Virus record (IMG/VR): IMGVR_UViG_3300048855_000213
Span: 1 to 42,419 of that record
Reading direction: 5' to 3' (one strand)
Source: a virus
Lineage: Duplodnaviria; Caudoviricetes
DNA: 42,419 nucleotides
The notes under the pieces were generated by a model, which made no database searches, had not been told where the DNA came from, and worked only from the letters and a program-made list of their open reading frames with translations. Made by a program: the position numbers and the translations under genes. Below are positions 34,153-42,272 of this stretch, in pieces. The stretch's first letter is position 1. Each line of letters begins with the position of its first letter.

Positions 34153-34913
34153 GCGGGCGCGTCGTCGCTTGGTTCAGCGCTGGCGCGGCTTCGGCCGTCG
34201 CTGCGAAGCTAGCACTGTGCCGGTACACTGACGCCGAGGTGGTGATTGCCCGCTGCGTCATCCCCTCCGAGCACGAGGACAATGACCGGTTCGCCGCCGA
34301 CTGCGAGCGCTGGTTCGGTCAGCCGATCCGTAACCTCCGCAGCACCGAGTTCGCCGACACCTGGGACGTGTGGGAGAAGCGCCGGTACATCGCCGGTGTG
34401 GCTGGCGCGCCATGCACAACCGAACTGAAGAAGGCAGTGCGACACCAGTTCGAGATGGACTGGCAGCCTGACGTGCAGGTCTTTGGCTACACAGCCGAGG
34501 AGCGCCTTCGGGTTAACCGGTTTCGTCAGAACAACCCGGAGGTGCGGCTTGTTGCGCCGCTGATCGACGCGGGGCTGAGCAAGGCGGACTGCCTCGCCAT
34601 GGTGGATCGCGCAGGCATCGAGATCCCCGCCATCTACCGCCTGGGGTTCCGCAACGCGAACTGCATCCCCTGCCCCAAGGCAACCGCTCCAGCCTACTGG
34701 AACCGCATCCGTCGCCACTTCCCCCAACGCTTCGACCGCATGGTCGATCTGAGCCGTCTTCTGAACGTGAGGCTGGTGGAGCTGAACGGGGAGCGGATTT
34801 TTCTCGATGAGCTGCCCCCAGCAGCCGGTGCGGGAGATCAGGAACCCGACATGGACTGCTCCCTCATGTGTGCCATCGCTGAAAGCAAGATGCTGGAAGG
34901 AGCCGCGTCATGA
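34149..34913 (+). CDS. PAPS-reductase-like (adenine nucleotide alpha-hydrolase) phage protein
   Basis: VVAWFSAGAASAVA PP-loop-like motif, APCTTELKK, YRLGFRNANCIPCPK; TTG start overlapping the upstream stop. Confidence 0.75.
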   Translation: MSGRVVAWFSAGAASAVAAKLALCRYTDAEVVIARCVIPSEHEDNDRFAADCERWFGQPIRNLRSTEFADTWDVWEKRRYIAGVAGAPCTTELKKAVRHQFEMDWQPDVQVFGYTAEERLRVNRFRQNNPEVRLVAPLIDAGLSKADCLAMVDRAGIEIPAIYRLGFRNANCIPCPKATAPAYWNRIRRHFPQRFDRMVDLSRLLNVRLVELNGERIFLDELPPAAGAGDQEPDMDCSLMCAIAESKMLEGAAS

Positions 34914-35116
34914 ACAACGTGATCCGCATTTCCGACCACGAAGCCCGTCGCGCCTACCGCCAGATTGGCGAGCGCATCCCGGCGAACCTGCGCGAGCCGA
35001 TCCTGCCGCAGATGCCGAACCCTTTGGCGTTCGTGGTTATCTTGGCAGCGAGCTTCATCGGCTGGACCTTGATGTTCATCACGGCGGTGGCCGTTGCTCG
35101 GGTGATGGAGCTGTGA
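34910..35116 (+). CDS. Small membrane protein
   Basis: C-terminal TM segment; ATGA coupling. Confidence 0.55.
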   Translation: MNNVIRISDHEARRAYRQIGERIPANLREPILPQMPNPLAFVVILAASFIGWTLMFITAVAVARVMEL

Positions 35117-35301
35117 CCCGCGCCCGCTGTGTCCTCGGCCGCGTGCTGATCGAGATGGCGAACCTGTCGGTGCAGGGCCGCAACTCTCCCGAGCCTGTGG
35201 TTCGCCGCGAGTGCCAGCGCGCGCAGCACGGAATGCGCCGCCGCGCCGAGATGGAGTGGCGGAAGCTGAAGTCGGCCATGCCGGGGAAGGAGGCTGAGTG
35301 A
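35113..35301 (+). CDS. Hypothetical protein
   Basis: GTGA coupling. Confidence 0.45.
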   Translation: MTRARCVLGRVLIEMANLSVQGRNSPEPVVRRECQRAQHGMRRRAEMEWRKLKSAMPGKEAE

Positions 35302-35435
35302 TGACCCCTCTCCTCCGGGCCTGGCAGCTCACCCGCCGCGCCTACGCGCTGTCCAACCAGCCCGCCGTCGAGGCCCTGTGCCTGGATGCCATGCGCGAGA
35401 TCGAAGTGGCGATGATGACGATGGAGAACCGGTGA
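35298..35435 (+). CDS. 45-aa hypothetical protein
   Basis: AGGAGG RBS; coupled on both sides. Confidence 0.45.
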   Translation: MMTPLLRAWQLTRRAYALSNQPAVEALCLDAMREIEVAMMTMENR

Positions 35436-35701
35436 TGGCTCTCAACGTAGAACGGTTCATTGCGCTGAATATCCAGAATGATGCGCCGCCCTGTGTGCGC
35501 AGGCACAACGCCATAGCGAACTTACGCGAGTTCGATGGGATGGAGGTTGGAGGGCACAAGTTCTTCGCTGGTGACGGCCGGGTCAGGAGAGCCTGGGCTT
35601 CTGCGGCAAAGAATTACACGCGGCGCAGCGGGGTGAAGTTCAAGGTCCTCACGGTGACCACCGGTGGCCTCGAAGGCGTCAGCATCCGGAGGACCGCCTG
35701 A
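35435..35701 (+). CDS. Small putative DNA-binding phage protein
   Basis: FDGMEVG..F....AKNY....GVKF......GVSIRRTA pattern. Confidence 0.55.
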   Translation: MALNVERFIALNIQNDAPPCVRRHNAIANLREFDGMEVGGHKFFAGDGRVRRAWASAAKNYTRRSGVKFKVLTVTTGGLEGVSIRRTA

Positions 35702-36411
35702 TGTCCAAGATGACCTGGAATGAAGAGCAGAACTCCATACTGCGCATCGGCTTCGCCAACTGGTCGCAGGATCGCCTGATCGAGGCCGTGCATCAGGCCG
35801 ATAGCGAAGGCAAGCCCCGCGTCTGGAGCCTGATCGCGCGCCATGCCTACCGTCTGGGCCTGCGTCGCGGTCGGGAGACGATCCGCTCCCTGGGCGATGA
35901 CAAGATGACCACCCGGCCCCGCCGAGGATGGACGCTGGAGCAGATGGAGTTCCTGCGGGAGCACTATGCAGCCATGCCGATGGCGGACCTGATCAAGGGT
36001 CTGGCGAAGCTGGGCGAGACCAAGGCCTACAGCGCGATCCAGACCTTTGCCGGCCGCAGCGGCCTGTCGCGTCCGCTGGTGCCGCCGCCAGTGCATACCA
36101 AGGGCAGCCGCCGATACACCACCATCCGCCGCCCGGTGCAGCCTCAGCGCCCGCAGGAGGGCGTCCGCACTCAGCGCAACGCCCTGACGCTGCTGCCGTC
36201 CCGCCCCGCCCCCGAACTCCGCACCATCGCCGCCGGCGAGCCCGACACCGCGCATGAGAAGGTGGTGTCGAAGCAGGAGAAGGCTTGGCGGATGCTGTGG
36301 GAGAGGAGGCCTGCGGAAGATGTCATCCGTGCCACCGGCCTCCAGCTGCGGGAAGTGCTGCGGATCAACATGGACGTGCGGGAAGCGCGGCGCGCGCAGA
36401 GGGCTGCGTGA
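35701..36411 (+). CDS. Protein with tandem Myb/GcrA-like HTH units
   Basis: WNEEQNSILR and WTLEQMEFLREHY repeats; third HTH-like segment at the C-terminus. Confidence 0.6.
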   Translation: MSKMTWNEEQNSILRIGFANWSQDRLIEAVHQADSEGKPRVWSLIARHAYRLGLRRGRETIRSLGDDKMTTRPRRGWTLEQMEFLREHYAAMPMADLIKGLAKLGETKAYSAIQTFAGRSGLSRPLVPPPVHTKGSRRYTTIRRPVQPQRPQEGVRTQRNALTLLPSRPAPELRTIAAGEPDTAHEKVVSKQEKAWRMLWERRPAEDVIRATGLQLREVLRINMDVREARRAQRAA

Positions 36412-37343
36412 TGGCCCTCCTTCCCATTCCCACCGATCGCGCCGAGTGGCTGGCGCTGCGCCAGCGACACATCGGCGCCAGCGAAGTGGCTGCGCTCTTC
36501 GGCCTTCAGGCTGACTACCAGCCGGGCATCTTCGCGCTCTGGCAGACCAAGGCCGGTCATCTGCCTGCCGAGGATATCCAGGGCGAGCGCCTGCGCTGGG
36601 GCCTTCTGCTGGAGGAAGCCATCGCCCAGGCGTGCCGTGAGATGCGCGGCTGGGACGTGCAGCCTGGCGTTTATGCCACCCATGAATGCGGCCTGGGCGC
36701 GACCCTGGACCGGATCATCATGAGCGCTGAGGGCATGGAAGGCGCTGCCCCGTTGGAGATGAAGAACGTCGATATGGCGGTCTTCATGCGGTCCTGGAAG
36801 GAAGCCGGCGAGCCGCCGATGCACATCCAGTTGCAGCTTCAGGCGCAGCTTCTGGCGACTGGCGCGCAATGGGGCGCGGTAGCCGCTCTGGTCGGCGGTA
36901 ACCGGCTGGAGACCTACATCGAGTACCGGCGCCCGGCCATCCAGGCCGAGATCATCAAGCGCGTGTCCGAGTTCTGGCGCAGGGTGCGGGAGAATGATCC
37001 GCCGGCGCCGGATGGCAGCGACAGCGCATTCCGCGCTCTGGTCGCCCTGACGCCGGAACTGGACAGCGAGCCCGCCGATCTGCGCGACGACGACGAGGCC
37101 GCCATGCTTGCCCAGGAAGCCGTGAAGGCTGCCGAGGCCCGCAAGGAAGCCGAGAAGGCCGAGAAGGCCGCCAAGAACCTGCTGCTCCAGAAGATCGGCG
37201 CCCACCGCTGGGCGATGATCGACGGCTTCAAGAGCAGCGTCCGTGTCACCCCCGACAACCCTGGCCGCACGGCCGAACCTGGCGAGATCGTTGGCGCCCG
37301 CAAGGGCAGCCGCTCGCTGGTTGTGGAGCGCTACACCCCATGA
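36411..37343 (+). CDS. YqaJ/lambda-type recombination exonuclease
   Basis: EWLALRQRHIGASE, WGLLLEE, ATLDR, LEMKN and QLQAQL motifs. Confidence 0.9.
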   Translation: MALLPIPTDRAEWLALRQRHIGASEVAALFGLQADYQPGIFALWQTKAGHLPAEDIQGERLRWGLLLEEAIAQACREMRGWDVQPGVYATHECGLGATLDRIIMSAEGMEGAAPLEMKNVDMAVFMRSWKEAGEPPMHIQLQLQAQLLATGAQWGAVAALVGGNRLETYIEYRRPAIQAEIIKRVSEFWRRVRENDPPAPDGSDSAFRALVALTPELDSEPADLRDDDEAAMLAQEAVKAAEARKEAEKAEKAAKNLLLQKIGAHRWAMIDGFKSSVRVTPDNPGRTAEPGEIVGARKGSRSLVVERYTP

Positions 37344-38437
37344 GCGAATATCAGGACAACCTGCCGGCCGTAGTCGGAACCGTGGACAACCCTTTCGCGC
37401 GCGGCGCCGTCCCGGCCCACGTGAACGCCGGCACGGTCGCCATCGAGAGCGAGCGCGCCGTTGCCGAGGCCCAGGGCAAGATGGTCCTGGCGAAGCGGTT
37501 CCCGCGCGACACGGCCATGGCAGCGGCCCGCGCCATCGACGCCTGCAAGCGCCCTTCCCTCGCTGAGGCGGGCCTCTACCGCTACAGCCGTGGCGGCGGG
37601 AACGTGGAAGGCCCGTCGATCCGCCTGGCCGAGGAACTGGCCCGGTGCTGGGGGAACATCGAATACGGTCTCCGCGAACTGTCCCGGAAGGAGGGCTACT
37701 CCGAGATGGAAGCCTTCGCCTGGGATCTGGAGACGAACGTCCGGTCGGTCCAGAACTTCACGGTGCGCCATATCCGGGACAAGAAGGGCGGTGGTCAGGC
37801 TCTCCACGAAGAGCGCGACATCTACGAGATCACGGCGAACATGGGCTCCCGCCGGGTGCGCGCCCGCATCCTGGCCATCCTGCCGCCCGACCTGACGGAT
37901 GCCGCGGTCGCCCAGGTCCGCAAGACCCTGCGTGATGGCAGCGAACTGCCGCTGGCCGACCGCATCAACAGCATGGTCCGGTTCCTCTCCGGCCACGGCG
38001 TCACCACCGCCATGCTGGTGGCCTATCTCGGCCACCCCATCGATCAGACCACGCCGGACGAGCTGGTTGACCTGAAGGGCATTGCGACCAGCCTGAAGGA
38101 CGGCCAGAGCAAGGCGGCCGACCACTTCGGCCCCAAGGCTGACGCTGTGGTGGACGCCGCCAAGCCGGGCAAGCTGGACGCGCTGGAGCAGGCCGTGAAG
38201 CAGCCGGCGCCCGCCACCTTCGCTATCAAGAGCCCGCGCGGCCAGATCGAGCACCCCACCATCGCGGCCTGGGAAGCGGCGTGGATGGACATCATCAAGG
38301 GCGAGCCTGCCGCCAACCTGAAGAAGGCCCGCGAGATGAACGGCGCCCTGATGGCCGAGTACGCCGCCGACCACCGCGAGGCCGTGATGCGCGTGCAGGA
38401 CGCGCTGGACGCCAAGACGAAGGGAGAGGCGGCATGA
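37340..38437 (+). CDS. Putative single-strand annealing/recombination protein
   Basis: Directly after the exonuclease; AKRFPRD, EGPSIRLAEELARCWGN, AWDLETN motifs; function by position. Confidence 0.55.
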   Translation: MSEYQDNLPAVVGTVDNPFARGAVPAHVNAGTVAIESERAVAEAQGKMVLAKRFPRDTAMAAARAIDACKRPSLAEAGLYRYSRGGGNVEGPSIRLAEELARCWGNIEYGLRELSRKEGYSEMEAFAWDLETNVRSVQNFTVRHIRDKKGGGQALHEERDIYEITANMGSRRVRARILAILPPDLTDAAVAQVRKTLRDGSELPLADRINSMVRFLSGHGVTTAMLVAYLGHPIDQTTPDELVDLKGIATSLKDGQSKAADHFGPKADAVVDAAKPGKLDALEQAVKQPAPATFAIKSPRGQIEHPTIAAWEAAWMDIIKGEPAANLKKAREMNGALMAEYAADHREAVMRVQDALDAKTKGEAA

Positions 38438-38483
38438 CCGCCTCCGACCGCCTCGACACGCTGGCCGATGCAGGGGGCGCGGA

Positions 38484-39623
38484 ATGAGCCTCAGGACCCT
38501 CGACCTGTTCAGTGGGATCGGCGGCTTCAGCCTCGGCCTGGAACGGACCGGCGGCTTCCAGACCGTCGCCTTCTGCGAGATCGAACCTTTCCCGCAGGCC
38601 GTGCTCGCCAAGCACTGGCCGGAGGTGCCCTGCTACGATGACGTGCGAACCCTCACGGCCGGGCGCCTGGCAGCAGATGGAATTTCCGTGGATGTCATCT
38701 GCGGCGGGTTTCCCTGCCAAGATGTCAGCCTTGCAGCCGGGAACACCAGCCGGGCCGGCCTCGACGGGGAGCGCAGTGGACTTTGGAAGGAGTTCGCCCG
38801 CCTCATCGGTGAGTGCGGACCCCGTTGGGTCATCGTTGAGAACTCACCTGCTATCCGGGTTCGAGGAGCTGACCGGGTTCTCTCTGACCTGGAAGGCCTC
38901 GGCTACACCCCAATGCCGGCCGTGGTGGGTGCTATCCATGCCGGTGCCGACCAGTGGCGCAAGCGGGCGTGGATTGTTGCCTACCGTGCTCTGCCGGGAC
39001 TGGAAATCCTGCGCCAAGGCGAAGCGAGCGAACAGCCGGCCGCTGTCGGAACTTCTGGATGGGCCACTGAACCCGGCGTGGGCCGAGTGGCATATGGGGT
39101 TCCCGATAGGGTGGACCGAATTACCGCCATCGGAAACGCGGTAGTGCCTCAAGTCGTGGAGGTGATCGGCCGCGCCATCCTGGCCTCTGACATGAGCCTC
39201 AATGCCACCCGCACTGGCCCCGGCACTTCCCGCTCTCCCAGAGCCCAGCGCCGCACGGTGCGGGCATCCACCTCCAGCGCCTGCGCCGCCGCTACCTGCG
39301 ACAGCCCCAGCGCCTCGATGGCAGCCCGGAACTCGTCAGCGGTCATCTCAGGGGCCGACGCTGTAGATGGTGACTTCGGTAGCGCCAGCGCGCTTCGCAG
39401 CCACCTTGGCGGCCTTGGCGATATCGGCAGCGCGGTCCTGGGTCAGAGCACCGGTCACATACACGACGCCGCTCTGCTTCGTGCCGGACACGCCGAACTG
39501 GAAGCGGCCCTGCACGTGATCCGGGCGGGTGCGGTCAGCGAAGGTCGGGGCGGTGATGATGTTCATAGGTCCTACGTAGGGCCAATGGCCCTAACAGTCA
39601 ATGGGAAAGGAGCCCCCGCATGA
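38484..39623 (+). CDS. C5 cytosine DNA methyltransferase, alpha chain (conserved part ends near 39190)
   Basis: Motif I DLFSGIGG, IV GGFPCQDVS, VI VENSP, VIII QWRKR, X GNAVVPQV; motif IX absent from this frame. Confidence 0.9.
   Translation: MSLRTLDLFSGIGGFSLGLERTGGFQTVAFCEIEPFPQAVLAKHWPEVPCYDDVRTLTAGRLAADGISVDVICGGFPCQDVSLAAGNTSRAGLDGERSGLWKEFARLIGECGPRWVIVENSPAIRVRGADRVLSDLEGLGYTPMPAVVGAIHAGADQWRKRAWIVAYRALPGLEILRQGEASEQPAAVGTSGWATEPGVGRVAYGVPDRVDRITAIGNAVVPQVVEVIGRAILASDMSLNATRTGPGTSRSPRAQRRTVRASTSSACAAATCDSPSASMAARNSSAVISGADAVDGDFGSASALRSHLGGLGDIGSAVLGQSTGHIHDAALLRAGHAELEAALHVIRAGAVSEGRGGDDVHRSYVGPMALTVNGKGAPA
38677..39144 (+). CDS. Putative methyltransferase beta chain in the +1 overlapping frame (start could be 38692)
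   Basis: Open alternative frame ending LLPT..RDWK..LNPAWAEWHMGFPIGWTE (motif IX-like). Confidence 0.7.
   Translation: MEFPWMSSAAGFPAKMSALQPGTPAGPASTGSAVDFGRSSPASSVSADPVGSSLRTHLLSGFEELTGFSLTWKASATPQCRPWWVLSMPVPTSGASGRGLLPTVLCRDWKSCAKAKRANSRPLSELLDGPLNPAWAEWHMGFPIGWTELPPSETR
39149..39346 (-). CDS. Small XRE-type HTH protein
   Basis: MTADEFRAAIEALGLSQ..AAQALEVDARTVRRWALGEREVPGPV. Confidence 0.8.
   Translation of the reverse strand: MTADEFRAAIEALGLSQVAAAQALEVDARTVRRWALGEREVPGPVRVALRLMSEARMARPITSTT
39348..39566 (-). CDS. 72-aa hypothetical protein paired with the HTH gene
   Basis: Own promoter; stop 1 nt before the HTH ATG. Confidence 0.6.
   Translation of the reverse strand: MNIITAPTFADRTRPDHVQGRFQFGVSGTKQSGVVYVTGALTQDRAADIAKAAKVAAKRAGATEVTIYSVGP
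39573..39601 (-). promoter_or_regulatory. Promoter with palindromic operator for the antisense two-gene cassette
   Basis: TTGACT-17 nt-TACGTA; palindrome TAGGGCCA-A-TGGCCCTA at 39577-39593. Confidence 0.65.
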
Positions 39624-40090
39624 CCCCGCCACCCCGCCCGCAGCCCGTGACGGATGGCGATGTGGAGGCGCTTGCAATGAGGCTGGAAGCCGAGTGGCAG
39701 GCAGCGGCTGACGAGATCGGTGGTGAGGTTTGCGCCGACATTTTCACGGAAGCGTCGGACATGCTTCGCACCCTCCTCACCGAACGCGCCGCCCACGCCC
39801 AAGCGGTCGCGCAGGCTCGGGAGGAGGGTGAGCGTGAGGGGATCAAGAAGGCAGCAGCAAAGTGTGAGCAGCTTGCAAGCGTGATTAAGCCAGGGGACGG
39901 CAATCTCGCCGCAGCATGGGCGAATGGTTGTGACGATTGTCAGAAAGCGATCGAAGGTATCGCCCTCATTCCCACGCCCAGCCAGGAGGACCCGCTCTCC
40001 GAGATGTCCCCCTTCGATGTGGAGGACGCAGATTTCGCAAAGCACGCCAGCACGGTGCAGACGGACGAGGAAGGGCGGAGCAATGGCTGA
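39620..40090 (+). CDS. Hypothetical protein
   Basis: AAGGAG RBS; coiled-coil AREEGEREGIKKAA. Confidence 0.65.
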   Translation: MTPPPRPQPVTDGDVEALAMRLEAEWQAAADEIGGEVCADIFTEASDMLRTLLTERAAHAQAVAQAREEGEREGIKKAAAKCEQLASVIKPGDGNLAAAWANGCDDCQKAIEGIALIPTPSQEDPLSEMSPFDVEDADFAKHASTVQTDEEGRSNG

Positions 40091-40619
40091 TGCCATGACG
40101 CTGACGGTGGAGCAGTTCGACGAGATTTACGAGGCAGCCCGCTATCGAGCAGAGGTCAAGGGAGGGAAGTTTGACCACGATGACCACGAAGTTCCGGCTG
40201 CCGATCTTGTCGATCTTGCGCAGTCAGTTCCTGAACGGTTCGTGGTCCTGTGTCGAATGGCCCGCGCGTCGTTGAGCCGCACGGAGGTGCAGGGGGTGGT
40301 GCCTGCTGGCTGGAAGTTGGTTCCGGTGGAGCCAACGCGGGAGATGATCCGTCCTGCCTGCGCCATGATCGACGACGAAAGCCCGTGGCCGTTCGTGGTC
40401 AACCTCTACACCGCCATGCTCGCCGCAGCCCCGCCCCCACCCGCCCCCAGCACGGACGCGAGGGAGGGGGAGGACCTTGTGACTATGCCTCGCTGGGTCG
40501 CGGAGAGGGTCGGCCGGTTCTATGTCCCCAAGGAGGACAGCGATGCCATCTTCTCCAGGCGTGAAGCTATCCGCCTATATCACGCCGCCCTCGCCAGCGG
40601 AGGCCGCGCCAATGGGTGA
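40083..40619 (+). CDS. Eaa/DUF551-like phage protein
   Basis: VPAGWKLVPVEPTREM...YTAMLAAAP motif. Confidence 0.65.
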   Translation: MADAMTLTVEQFDEIYEAARYRAEVKGGKFDHDDHEVPAADLVDLAQSVPERFVVLCRMARASLSRTEVQGVVPAGWKLVPVEPTREMIRPACAMIDDESPWPFVVNLYTAMLAAAPPPPAPSTDAREGEDLVTMPRWVAERVGRFYVPKEDSDAIFSRREAIRLYHAALASGGRANG

Positions 40620-40857
40620 GCCTCTCCACGCCAGCGAGTGCTACTCCGAGCCCTACAACGGGCAGGAGTGCTGGGAGAGCCGGCCGCGCGAGCCTGTTGG
40701 CCAGGAGAAACCGCCCGGTGTGTTCCGCGCCATCGAGGTGCCGTGCCGGAAGCAGAAAGCCTGGCTCGTCGGGTTCCGTGCCCAGCAGGACATCGCGCGA
40801 GCCGTCATCGCGGAGAGGCTGAGGCAGTTGGACGAGCGGAAGGAGAGCCGGAAGTGA
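40612..40857 (+). CDS. Hypothetical protein
   Basis: GGAGG RBS; overlapping coupling. Confidence 0.5.
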   Translation: MGEPLHASECYSEPYNGQECWESRPREPVGQEKPPGVFRAIEVPCRKQKAWLVGFRAQQDIARAVIAERLRQLDERKESRK

Positions 40858-41135
40858 GCAAGATCCCCGAGGCCCGGCGCCGCCTGGCTGAACTGAAGCA
40901 GCGGACCCGCAGCCCGGCCATGGCCGCCGAGATAGACGACATCATTGGGCTCATGATCCGGCGGCCCTACGCCCGGGGCCGATCCCCTGATCGCAGCCGC
41001 GTCGTGGATGAGGATCTTGCCGCACGCATCCGGAGCTTCGCCCACGCCCATCCGAAGATGAGCCAGCAGGATATCGCGGTTCACTTCGGGACCAACGCCG
41101 GGCGCGTCTCGGAGGCCCTCCACCATGACCGATGA
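40854..41135 (+). CDS. Small HTH protein
   Basis: HPKMSQQDIAVHFGTNAGRVSEAL; AGGAG RBS. Confidence 0.65.
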   Translation: MSKIPEARRRLAELKQRTRSPAMAAEIDDIIGLMIRRPYARGRSPDRSRVVDEDLAARIRSFAHAHPKMSQQDIAVHFGTNAGRVSEALHHDR

Positions 41136-41457
41136 GCCGAAGCCCGTGAGCAAGTGGATGACGTTGCCGAAGCGACGGAAGGAGGAAACGGAGGTGCAGA
41201 GGATTGGTCGCACCGGCGACACGCTGACCCCCTACGAGCGGCAGATGGTCCGGATGTCGGTTCGCATCGACATCCCCCTTCGCGACGCCATTGACCTGAG
41301 GCGGATTGCCCAATGGCTGATGCGCCTCGGGAGAGAACTGGACATGCTCTCTCGGTCGCGCGGCAAGGAGTTCTCCATCCTTTTAGAGGCGCAACAAAAA
41401 ATTCGCTTGACTAACCACGCGGTCAAATCAAAGGATGCGGTCGGAGATACTTCCTAG
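41125..41457 (+). CDS. Hypothetical protein (last prophage-like gene)
   Basis: GGAGG RBS; GC drops at the 3' end. Confidence 0.55.
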   Translation: MTDEPKPVSKWMTLPKRRKEETEVQRIGRTGDTLTPYERQMVRMSVRIDIPLRDAIDLRRIAQWLMRLGRELDMLSRSRGKEFSILLEAQQKIRLTNHAVKSKDAVGDTS

Positions 41458-41545
41458 TGCTGGATAGGAATGACCACCACTACATATGGTGGCAGTCCAG
41501 TTACTAGACTTAATTCTTGTTATCCGGTATTCTTGTATAAGAGCG

Positions 41546-42090
41546 ATATTGTCGCGTTCTCTAGATTTGGTCGGAACAAATTGGCTGAGCCAGGCTGGCG
41601 GATACCGTCCGGGCCCAGTCGCCCTCCAGGGGGCCGCTTCCCAGCCAAGGTCATCCAGCACGCTGTGTGGCTCCGTCACCTGTTCAGCCTGAGCCTGCGC
41701 GACGTCGAGCTGGTCCTCGCCTAGCAAGGCGTTGTCGGTAGCTACGAGAGCATCCGCCGCTACAAAGCTGATGTCGCGGCCAAGCTGCGCAAGCGCCGGC
41801 CGAGGCCGGGCGATACCTGGCACCTCGATGCGGTGTTCCTGAGGAACAATGGAGAGCTGCATCATCTCTGGTGCGCCGTCGACCAGTACGGCGTCGTGCT
41901 TGACATCCTGGTCCAGGGCGGGCCGTGACGCCGCGGCCGCTAAACGCTTCGTCAGGTGCCTACTGGCTGACCTCAAAGATAGGCGGCGGCAGTCATCCCG
42001 ATGGCCTGCGGAGCTACGTACAGTATGGCCTGATCGATGGCCGCTTGCGCCCGCGGCGGCACTTGATGGCCGCCAACTCTGGTCTCTTGT
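41546..42090 (+). pseudogene. Decayed IS6-family transposase (boundaries approximate)
   Basis: RFPAKVIQHAVWL..FSLSLRDVE, TAG at 41722, SYESIR, PGDTWHLD, LWCAVDQYGVVLDILVQ, frameshift, PRRH; ATTGTCGCG resembling an IS6 end near 41546. Confidence 0.85.
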
Positions 42091-42272
42091 TCACGTTGCG
42101 GTTATGGTCATACACCACCCTATCCGTACCAGTCGGCAAAGGAAGGGGAGAATTTGAGCCACTTGTCGATGGCCGTGCACGGCCAAGTAATCCCACCTGA
42201 GCGGGGATATCTGGCGGCGGTCGCGGCCCGGGCTAGGATGGAGTGTCCGTATTGATCTCGACTGCTGACGTA

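Larger units (their letters stand above)
1..41457. mobile_element. Temperate prophage (P22-like podovirus structural module, lambdoid cI/cro switch); left end runs out of the window, no integrase visible at the right end
   Basis: Contiguous terminase, portal, scaffold, capsid, tail hub and ejection genes; divergent cI/cro; recombination and replication genes; followed by an IS remnant and host rfbC. Confidence 0.95.

Noticed and set aside
39190-39623. C-terminal 145 aa of the methyltransferase as a real extra domain
   Set aside because: Low-complexity translation that is better explained by the two antisense genes.
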